Positions 55,507 through 64,000 of a stretch of 64,000 bases of DNA are shown here, one piece after another; position 1 is the first letter of the stretch, and each line of letters opens with the position of its first letter. Source of the DNA: an uncultured Methanosarcinaceae archaeon (lineage in GTDB: Archaea; Halobacteriota; Methanosarcinia; Methanosarcinales; Methanosarcinaceae). The position numbers and the translations under genes were made by a program. The notes under the pieces are model-generated. The model did not search any database. It was not told the origin of the DNA and saw only the letters and a program-made list of their open reading frames with translations. The stretch lies in contig CAVSHT010000005.1 of NCBI GenBank assembly GCA_963727895.1, positions 288,001-352,000 on the forward strand, written 5' to 3'.

Positions 55507-56139
55507 TTATTTAATGTAGTACGTTACCTGTACTGACATTGAAACGATAGACTCACCTGGCTGAATAGGAGTGGAAACTGCTCTCGCTGCTGCTTCTGTT
55601 GGTGTCTCGTATTTGGAATTTACTCTAGAACCGCTGTTTTCACTTATAGATGACATCTGCACGCCGGTTATCTTAGCACCCAGGCTCTTAGCAAGCGTAG
55701 TGGCTTTAGAGGATGCATCTGCTACTGCTTCATTCATCAGTTCCTCACTAAGTTGTTTTTGCTTGTCATCGGATACCGAGAATGAAATGCTTCCAATATC
55801 ATTAGCTCCAGCGGCTGTGGACCTGTCAATTATTTCACTCAGGTTGTTGAGTTTCTTGGTTGTGACCTGCACACTGTTGGATGCAGAATAGCCTTTGATT
55901 GTTTGCGTATCATTCGCATTGTAGTTGTATACCGGGGATACGGAAACATAGGATGTCTGGATTTCCTTGTTCTGCAATCCCATTGCTTTGAGTCCTGCTA
56001 TTACAGTGCTCATAAGGACTGCGTTTTTATCTGTTGCTTCCTTTGCAGTTTCAGATTGAACTACAACACCGATGTTCAATGTTGCTGTGTCAGGGATAAC
56101 TTTTTGCTCAGCATATCCACTAATTGAAATAGTATTTTT
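55507..56139 (-). pseudogene. SIMPL (DUF541) protein, N-terminus removed by IS6
   Basis: TISISGYAEQKVIPD, GYSASNSVQVT, PIQPGE..VSMSVQVTY. Confidence 0.85.
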
Positions 56140-56997
56140 GGTTCCGTTGCAAAAAATATCTGTTAAGGATATAATCAAATAAAAGGGAAGTAAAGGATAA
56201 TGACATGCTATCTAATCCCTTTAAATGGAAGCATTTTGTGGGTGAAATTATTTTATTGAATGTTAGATGGTACTTAAAATATCCATTAAGTTATCGAAAT
56301 TTAAAGGAAATGATGGCAGAAAGGGAAGTAATAGTCAACCATACAACCATATTATGAGATGGGTACATCAATACTCTCCTGAAATCGAAAAGAAGGTACG
56401 TAGATATTTAAGACCAACTAATAACTCTTGGAGAGTTGATGAAACTTACATCAGAGTTAAAGGTAAATGGAAATATTTTTACCGAGCAGTTGACTCAAAT
56501 GGAGATACAATTGATTTCATGTTAAGTGCAAAACGAGACCAAAAAGCAGCAAAACGTTTCTTTAAGAAAGCTCTGAATTCTAATCATGATCAAATTCCAA
56601 GAGTAATCACAGTTGATAAAAATCCAGCTTATCCACCTGCTATAAATAAACTGAAAAATGATAAAATACTACCTATAAACGTAGGCATTCGACAAATCAA
56701 GTATTTGAATAACATTATAGAACAAGATCATAGATCCATTAAACGAATAGTTAATCCAATGTTAGGATTTCAGTCTTTTCATACAGCCATTAAAACTTTA
56801 AAAGGAATTGAAGCGATGAATATGATTAAAAAAGGACAAGTCAAGAATCTAAATTACTCTGGTCTTAATGAAGCTAAATATATTAATCAATTATTTGGAA
56901 TAGTTCTATAATATTGACACATCTTTTTGAATATTTTAACTTTTGTTCATTGTCTGTAGATTTACGTGCTGATTCTGAAATTTTTTGCAACGGAACC
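56140..56997 (+). mobile_element. IS6-family element, copy 2
   Basis: Same TIRs and transposase as 41963..42820. Confidence 0.95.
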
Positions 56998-57121
56998 CTT
57001 CTTGGCAAGGTTGAGAAGAAAGACAAAGTGTTATCGAAGAGTCTTGAAATGCTAAAGTACTCGGTGATTCTATTGATGAAATACAGAAATAAAGAGCTAA
57101 CTATGTTTAGTTAACAATACC
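56998..57121 (+). mobile_element. IS1-family 3' fragment abutting IS6
   Basis: GGCAAGGTTGAGAAGAAAG...TTAACAATACC. Confidence 0.88.
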
Positions 57122-57216
57122 AAAAAGATATTGGATCATTATTTTAAAGATCCAATTTTATATTATTCAGTAGCTTTTGGCTTGTACTACTTTACCAATA
57201 GCCAATCATGTCCTTA

Positions 57217-57360
57217 TTAACGATGTCCGTATCCACCATGGCCTCCGTATCCGTCGGGACTTTGTGCGCTTACTGAAGCAGCTGTCAATGATACTACAAA
57301 AAGGACAGCTATTAAGACAACAGTTGTTTTCTTTATCCTCTTGAAAATATGTTTTCCCAT
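57217..57360 (-). CDS. 47-aa secreted Gly/His-rich peptide, absent from ORF track
   Basis: MGKHIFKRIKKTTVVLIAVLFVVSLTAASVSA-QSPDGYGGHGGYGHR; GGGAG RBS. Confidence 0.7.
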   Translation of the reverse strand: MGKHIFKRIKKTTVVLIAVLFVVSLTAASVSAQSPDGYGGHGGYGHR

Positions 57361-57701
57361 TTGTTTAAACTCCCACTATTGATCATTTTTTACAACGCCA
57401 AAAAGTACAACTTAATACAATTTGAGATATATGTCCTAAATTTAATAGCCAGATTGAAATTGTATCAAATATCAAACTATCAAATCTCAAACTGCATAAT
57501 GAGGTAATATTGTATCATATATAACGTCAGTAGAAATATAATTTAGAATGCAATAATAATCAAAAGCAGATTTTATTTATTCAACTTCACCAGATCCCTG
57601 TTTAGAAGAGATATCTTTAAAATACATTTCTCATTAATGTGTTATGTTCTTTTTACATAGATCGAAGGTGAAATACAGAGGCTAATTAATCCTTAAATAA
57701 A

Positions 57702-57792
57702 GGTTCTGTCAAGTCTACGAGGGATAACAATTTTTATCAGCTACTGTTGGTTGAATTATAAAATGTCCATCCCTCATAGACTTCACAGTACC
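57702..57792. mobile_element. MITE-like element, 91 bp
   Basis: 23-bp imperfect TIR GGTTCTGTCAAGTCTACGAGGGA / TCCCTCATAGACTTCACAGTACC (20 of 23 match). Confidence 0.65.
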
Positions 57793-57937
57793 CTTCAAGT
57801 AAATGCAAAAAAAGACTTAAAAGATATTGGAGACTTTTATAGTTCTGAGTGGATTCAAACCACTTTCTCAGGCACCAGAGGCCTCGAAAACGACATATTT
57901 ACTGTAACAGACGAAGACGTTATGAAATAAAGTTTAT

Positions 57938-58246
57938 TCAAGAGTTGTTCAGGTCATTCAGCCTCATCTGAGCCATCTCTATATCCATCTTTGAAACCTT
58001 TTTGGAATCCTCTAGCATAATCGCTTTTTTTGCGGAATGAGCGTGGTGAGACCAGCCAGCTCCATATTCACTTTGCTCAGCGTGATTTACACCGGCTTTG
58101 TATCCTGCGGTGTAACCTGCCAAGTCCCCTTTATTATATTCTTTTTGGGTTGCACTCACTGCTGTAGCTGTTATTGGAGCTAAAAAAAGGACGGCAAGCA
58201 AAATTGTCAATGTTTTTTTAATTTTATTAGACGCTTGATTTTTCAT
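57938..58246 (-). CDS. Small secreted protein (GYxxGY repeats)
   Basis: Signal peptide KIKKTLTILLAVLFLAPITATAVSA; GYTAGYKAG. Confidence 0.65.
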   Translation of the reverse strand: MKNQASNKIKKTLTILLAVLFLAPITATAVSATQKEYNKGDLAGYTAGYKAGVNHAEQSEYGAGWSHHAHSAKKAIMLEDSKKVSKMDIEMAQMRLNDLNNS

Positions 58247-58281
58247 TATATACACCCGAAGTTTATGATGATAGAAAGAGA

Positions 58282-58431
58282 GGTTATGTTGCAAAAATTC
58301 TATTCTCGTAGTTTGAGGCTATAATTGGTACCTTTATGTACTATTTTTCCGGATGATGTGAATGACTAACTTTTCTAACTGTGAAGTTTTCACTTGTTTT
58401 GTAACGAAGCCAGATTTTTTGCAATGGAACC
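58282..58431. mobile_element. IS6-like MITE, copy A
   Basis: Ends GGTTATGTTGCAAAAA / TTTTTGCAATGGAACC; internal similarity to 61843..61995. Confidence 0.72.
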
Positions 58432-58844
58432 AAAAAATATTGTAACCTTGTATAAACCAATAATCTTCGGAAACATTCTCCAAAAAAAATAGTATATACT
58501 TAAAAACTTTCTGAAAAATTAAATTTTTAGAGAATTTGCTGCATACTAAAGTTTACTTTTGTCCTAAATTTTATGTAACAGAACCTCATATAATACCTAA
58601 TATAGTAACTTATTGAAATTTATGAATTTACAGTCTATTTTTTACACTGCTTATATTCACAACATCGCAAAAAATATTTGTGTCACTTATATATGTATTA
58701 ATTTACCATTCTCTAATTATTTAAAAACTATAGCCATCAGTTCAAGATGGTTTATCAGAGATTATTTCTCAGTGTCAAACTGATGACTATTATTTATTCA
58801 CTCATATTTAATATATTTTGTTTATAATGTATCTGAACTTGTTC

Positions 58845-58892
58845 TTAACAGCCCCAGCCACATCCACCGAAGCCACCAAATAATCCAAACAT
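58845..58892 (-). CDS. 15-aa Gly/Cys micropeptide MFGLFGGFGGCGWGC
   Basis: GGAGG RBS 9 nt upstream of ATG; GC-richer island in AT-rich DNA. Confidence 0.5.
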   Translation of the reverse strand: MFGLFGGFGGCGWGC

Positions 58893-59180
58893 ATTGTGTT
58901 TCCTCCAACTATTATATTATTTTATGTTTTTAAGAGTATATCAAAGATCTTTAATTAACCCTAAAATTTACTCAAGTGACACTTTCATAGCAAGTTTAAT
59001 AGAAATTATTTGAGATATCACTCTCATTTGGAAAGTAATGGTTTTACCATGAAAGTGTAATTAAAAATAGAATTGTACTTATATACCAAGACAAGAATAA
59101 TTTATTCTTAATAAAAATAGTTTTTATAAAAATAAAAGCGAAATATGGAAAATTAAATAGATATTGTTCTCCAATCGAAC

Positions 59181-59411
59181 TTATTTGCCTTGTTTGATCA
59201 TTTCCTGAACCTGTTTAATATCGGTTATAGCTTTTTTCTTCAGCGCAATCATCTTTTCCATATCACTTATTTTTGCTTCAATCCATTGTATTTTCAGATC
59301 CGTTGCCATTAATGCAATTTTCTTTTTCTGTTCTTCAGTCATATTTTTCAAAAATTCTGGTGTTGAGCCACATTGCATTAAAGGATGTTCTGTTGATTGT
59401 TCATGTTCCAT
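59181..59411 (-). CDS. Hypothetical small coiled-coil protein
   Basis: 76-aa ORF with AAGGA RBS. Confidence 0.65.
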   Translation of the reverse strand: MEHEQSTEHPLMQCGSTPEFLKNMTEEQKKKIALMATDLKIQWIEAKISDMEKMIALKKKAITDIKQVQEMIKQGK

Positions 59412-59734
59412 GTTTAATCATTTCCTTTTTAGATCTCGATAATGGTAACTTTAAGTTATACCAATAATTCATTAGTATCCATATCATATAATATTTAAAG
59501 AAATATAATTAAGAATCTAATATTAATTAAAACAGGATGTTAGATAATCTAAGTTCTCATAAATTGGATCGTATCCCTAAATCAGTTCTGTTGCAAAAAA
59601 TATAAGAATAACCATGTAAATCTGCGGATAATGAACAAAAGTTAAAATATCCAAGAGGAAAGCAATCTACCTATGTGTTTCTCTATGTTTTTTGTATTTG
59701 ATACACGTTAATCGAAGGAAATAAGTGTATTCTT

Positions 59735-59781
59735 GGTTCCGTTGCAAAAAATATCTGTTAAGGATATAATCAAATAAAAGG
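59735..59781 (+). mobile_element. IS6 left-end fragment interrupted by IS21
   Basis: Identical to 56140-56186. Confidence 0.85.
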
Positions 59782-61304
59782 TGTCAATGCCGGTGAATAG
59801 TTCCTCATTTTAGCCGGATTTAAATTCCCTAATTTCCAATCCTCAAGAAAAGCTTGAGGATCGTAAATAATGCTGAAAATGGAGGAATGGCTATTGATAC
59901 GAGATTTGTATTCACAAGGCTTTAGCATCAGTGAAATCGCCAGAAAAACAGGCTTTGACAGGAAAACTGTAAAGAAATATATTCGGCTGAAAACCTTGCC
60001 CGAACCCCAGAAACGTTCTGGAAGAAAGAGCAAGCTTGATCCTTTCAAACCTTATATTCTTGAAAAACTTAAAGAAGGTCCCTATACTGCTGCTCGCCTA
60101 TTTCGTGAAATAAAAGAAATGGGTTTTGATGGAGGAAAAACCATAGTCAAGGACTTTGTACAAAAAGTCCGACCTGAGCAAAGAACCCCTGCTGTATTTC
60201 GCTACGAAACAAAACCAGGTGTACAGGCTCAGGTAGACTGGGGAGAGATGGGAACAGTTGAAGTGGTTCCGTTGCAAAAAATTTCAGAATCAGCACGTAA
60301 ATCTACAGACAATGAACAAAAGTTAAAATATTCAAAAAGATGTGTCAATATTATAGAACTATTCCAAATAATTGATTAATATATTTAGCTTCATTAAGAC
60401 CAGAGTAATTTAGATTCTTGACTTGTCCTTTTTTAATCATATTCATCGCTTCAATTCCTTTTAAAGTTTTAATGGCTGTATGAAAAGACTGAAATCCTAA
60501 CATTGGATTAACTATTCGTTTAATGGATCTATGATCTTGTTCTATAATGTTATTCAAATACTTGATTTGTCGAATGCCTACGTTTATAGGTAGTATTTTA
60601 TCATTTTTCAGTTTATTTATAGCAGGTGGATAAGCTGGATTTTTATCAACTGTGATTACTCTTGGAATTTGATTATGATTAGAATTCAAAGCTTTCTTAA
60701 AGAAACGTTTTGCTGCTTTTTGGTCTCGTTTTGCACTTAACATGAAATCAATTGTATCTCCATTTGAGTCAACTGCTCGGTAAAAATATTTCCATTTACC
60801 TTTAACTCTGATGTAAGTTTCATCAACTCTCCAAGAGTTATTAGTTGGTCTTAAATATCTACGTACCTTCTTTTCGATTTCAGGAGAGTATTGATGTACC
60901 CATCTCATAATATGGTTGTATGGTTGACTATTACTCCCCTTTCTGCCATCATTTCCTTTAAATTTCGATAACTTAATGGATATTTTAAGTACCATCTAAC
61001 ATTCAATAAAATAATTTCACCCACAAAATTCTTCCATTTAAAGGGATTAGATAGCATGTCATTATCCTTTACTTCTCTTTTATTTGATTATATCCTTAAC
61101 AGATATTTTTTGCAACGGAACCCTACGACGATTAATATCAAAGGGGAAAGTTACAGGCTGAAAGAAAGGAAGAAACAGGGTATAAAAACAGGAAATCTAT
61201 ACCAGTAATTTTTAACAAGTTCATGAAAAATTGAGTAAACTTTATATCACAAGGTGGGGAAAATTAATCCGGCCAAAATGGGGAAAAGTAAACCGGCATT
61301 GACA
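59782..61304 (+). mobile_element. IS21-family element (istA 5' part and istB 3' end), interrupted and internally deleted by IS6
   Basis: TGTCAATGCCGG...CCGGCATTGACA termini; IstA SISEIARKTGFDRKTV...RYETKPGVQAQVDWG; IstB tail INIKGESYRLKE at 61125-61208. Confidence 0.9.
60265..61122 (-). mobile_element. IS6-family element, copy 3
   Basis: Same TIRs and transposase as other copies. Confidence 0.95.
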
Positions 61305-61842
61305 CAAATAATTGGTTAATATATTTAGCTTCATTAAAGCCAGAGTAATTTAGATTCTCGAGTTGTCCTTTTTTAATCATATTCATTTTGGCCCCAGTAA
61401 TCAAGTTTATGCGGATCTCTTAAAGTCTAGTCAACATTTTATGTAATATTTTGCGTTTTTCTGAACATTTTCAGTAAAATCTCGGTTTTTGAAGCAGATA
61501 TTATCTTAAAAAGCAACATTTATAATTTATTGATGCTTTTTAAAATATATGGAATATTCGAAAATAACTACTGCAGATATTCAAAGAGAACTTGAAGAAC
61601 TAGAAGATCCAGTTATACATATACTGAACATGGAATTATGATATCACACATATCCTGTAATAAATTTATATTTTTATTCTGAGATTTTTGCAACGGAACT
61701 ATAATGTATGATCCTAAAAAAGATATGTATTGAAATATACTATTTTTCAACAACAATACCGTTTTTGGAGAAATAATTTTTTTAGTACTCTATTATTATA
61801 TAGACATGTGTATGTAACTAAGCCACCAAAACCGACAAAATT

Positions 61843-61995
61843 GATTCCATTGCAAAAATAATTTTTCTGTACTTTGGGGCTATAATTGATATCTTTATGT
61901 ACTCTTATTATTTCGAGTGATAATAATTATTAATTTTTCTAATTGTGAAGTTTTCACTGATTTTGTAACAAAGCCAGATTTTTTGCACTATAACC
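61843..61995. mobile_element. IS6-like MITE, copy B
   Basis: Ends GATTCCATTGCAAAAA / TTTTTGCACTATAACC; shares GGCTATAATTG, TGTGAAGTTTTCACT and AAGCCAGATTTTTT with copy A. Confidence 0.72.
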
Positions 61996-62027
61996 TGTTA
62001 AAATACTCAGAACACCTAATTCATAAT

Positions 62028-62240
62028 ATGAATAAAAGGGATGTATTAAACAAAATCGATGAATTATGTTTAGTTTATGAAAACGGAGTTTTGTCACATC
62101 CTTACTGGTATATTCCTCCAAATAAAAGACATTTAATTGAAATTCATGATAGATTATTCAAAGGTAAACGCGAGATGACTTTAACTTTAGAAGAAGTAGC
62201 AGCATTATTTTTGGTCAACAAATTAATGTACCTTAATTGA
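62028..62240 (+). CDS. Hypothetical protein
   Basis: ORF from MNKRDVL; the upstream extension in the ORF track lies in a MITE. Confidence 0.4.
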   Translation: MNKRDVLNKIDELCLVYENGVLSHPYWYIPPNKRHLIEIHDRLFKGKREMTLTLEEVAALFLVNKLMYLN

Positions 62241-62411
62241 GAATTATAACAATACTTTTAAATTATTTTTCCTTTTTGTGTATCTCCTCAGTGCCGGATC
62301 CACGCATATCTGACATGGCTACAGGCTTAAATCAATATGTAAAAACTATTCCTAAAAAGAGAATATCGCATGGAGCCTGTAGGTAGAGATAATTAAATAG
62401 TTCGAAATAGA

Positions 62412-62675
62412 GTGGAATATATGACTAAAATGACACTAATCGAAGCACTGGAGAAACTTGCATTAATCAAAAAAAACGGGCTTGATACACTGATCCAGAT
62501 CCCAGATAATACAGATAGACCTATCACAATAAGCAAGGCAATTAAAGCAATTCGGAGCCACACTTCAGACACTTCTGAAGCTGATAATTATGTCATAAGT
62601 GGTGACGGAATCCAGAAAGTTGAAGATTATGGATATTTAGGCGAGATTGTATATCAAATCAGAGAAGAAAACTAA
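62412..62675 (+). CDS. Hypothetical protein
   Basis: 87-aa ORF with typical composition. Confidence 0.55.
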   Translation: MEYMTKMTLIEALEKLALIKKNGLDTLIQIPDNTDRPITISKAIKAIRSHTSDTSEADNYVISGDGIQKVEDYGYLGEIVYQIREEN

Positions 62676-63031
62676 AACAGCCTTTACTCTTCATATAAAT
62701 ACTAGTAACTATTCAGCTTACCAAAATTAGTTGGTTGATCTCGATTTGGATATAACCGATAAGTGTGATTACTAACCACTGAGTAAAGAAAAATGCAATC
62801 AATAACCAACAATTAGCAAAAGTTAGTATGGTTCCATTGCAAAAATTTTAGAAACAAAGCAATGCATAGTTTTTGTGCTAAAAACTGAGCATCAGTGGAT
62901 AGTATAATATCATTGGATAGCATAATTATTCTCTTGGGAAATATTTAAGGAAAAACATTTATTAAAGAGTTCATTCCAAAACTTGATTCCTTATTGCTGT
63001 TAAAATTACAATTCCAGAGTGTGATATTTAC

Positions 63032-63238
63032 TTCCGTCGAATACCCCGCTAGCTTGCTGCGGGGATGGAAACTTCCCCGGTAACCGTTGAAATAATATAA
63101 TTTACAATTCCATTTTTTGGTTACTAACTTCTGCTTAAACTAAATTATTTAGGGTTATTATTTCCTTTAACGGAATTTCAAGCGGTGGTGTGAACATACC
63201 CCGTTGCTTGCAGCGGGGTGCGCCAGCGCAACTTTGAT
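63032..63238. mobile_element. Non-autonomous IS200/IS605-type element (two subterminal hairpins), apparently within an IS5-like remnant
   Basis: CCCCGCTAGCTTGCTGCGGGG (63044-63064) and CCCCGTTGCTTGCAGCGGGG (63199-63218); boundaries approximate. Confidence 0.65.
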
Positions 63239-63500
63239 TTAACTTCATATCCTGTAAATGCCTTTTTATGTACTCAAATACCTCAATACGCTCTTTTTTA
63301 GATACTGTCAGAACTGTCAATTATATCTCGCCACTAATTTAATTGTTTTTTGTATTTGTTTTCTTCTCTGTACCTAAACTCCTCAACAGTGAAACATTTT
63401 CATAAAATTTTAAATTAGTTAAAATAGTTTAAGTGTGTAATAGGGTACAAATATTGATAGTTTTTATTGAAAAGCAAATGAACGATGAAGGAATAGAATA

Positions 63501-64000
63501 ATGAGAAACCATGAAAAGTTGCATAAGTTGGCTTTAGCTTTGTTGGCTATAATACTGATTATAATTATTGTTTCTTCAGTGACTTCGGCTGCAGCTCTAA
63601 ATGTCGGACCAAAAGATAAGTATAAAACTATCCAGAAAGCAGCAAATGCCGCGCATGATGGAGACACTATCAAGGTAGCTCCTGGCACATACAAAGAAAA
63701 TGTCAGGATCACTAAAGATCTAACGTTTTTAGGTACAAAATACCCTAAAGTTAATGGTTTCTATTTAAACGGAGGCAGATGTACAATAAACGGCTTTTCT
63801 ATCCAGAAATACGGATTTAGCAGCAATTATGCAGGTGTTGGAATCATACGCAATAACTATTTTTATAATTGTGATATCGATTTGGCTGGAGGAGTGACTA
63901 GTTCTTCTTCTATAATTAATAATCAGATCATAGGTGGCACAATTATATTATATGATACTATAATGGGAGGGATAACCATCACAGGAAACACTATCTCAAA
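63501..64000 (+). CDS. Secreted beta-helix (NosD/pectin-lyase-like) surface protein, runs off window end
   Basis: Signal peptide then VGPKDKYKTIQKAANAAHDGDTIKVAPGTYKENV. Confidence 0.85.
   Translation, partial: MRNHEKLHKLALALLAIILIIIIVSSVTSAAALNVGPKDKYKTIQKAANAAHDGDTIKVAPGTYKENVRITKDLTFLGTKYPKVNGFYLNGGRCTINGFSIQKYGFSSNYAGVGIIRNNYFYNCDIDLAGGVTSSSSIINNQIIGGTIILYDTIMGGITITGNTIS

Noticed and set aside
56267..56353. N-terminus MVLKISIKLSKF... of the IS6 transposase ORF
   Set aside because: Out-of-frame read; the IS6-like N-terminus starts at ATG 56205 in another frame

Overview
AT-rich archaeal DNA, very likely Methanosarcina/Methanosarcinaceae (connectase DUF2121, DUF1724 regulator, DUF362, FprA, SET protein, NosD-type surface protein). 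The window is dense with insertion sequences and decaying genes. It holds about 9 IS1-family copies or fragments, 3 near-identical IS6 copies plus IS6-like MITEs, a nested IS6/IS21/IS6 structure, an IS110 element with a structured non-coding end, IS5/IS1182/IS200-605 remnants, and many genes broken by TAA/TGA stops or frameshifts. The main candidate system is two paralogous CHAT (caspase-like) protease-STAND NTPase-TPR genes. The second copy heads an ATGA-coupled three-gene operon that is visible only after removing an IS1 insertion: CHAT-STAND-TPR, a 69-aa double-CxxC zinc-ribbon protein, and a ~152-aa three-TM protein resembling membrane defence effectors. I infer an NLR-like, protease-triggered defence or cell-death module, inactivated in this strain. 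No rRNA, tRNA or CRISPR array was recognised. All family calls come from motif recognition by eye; no searches were run.
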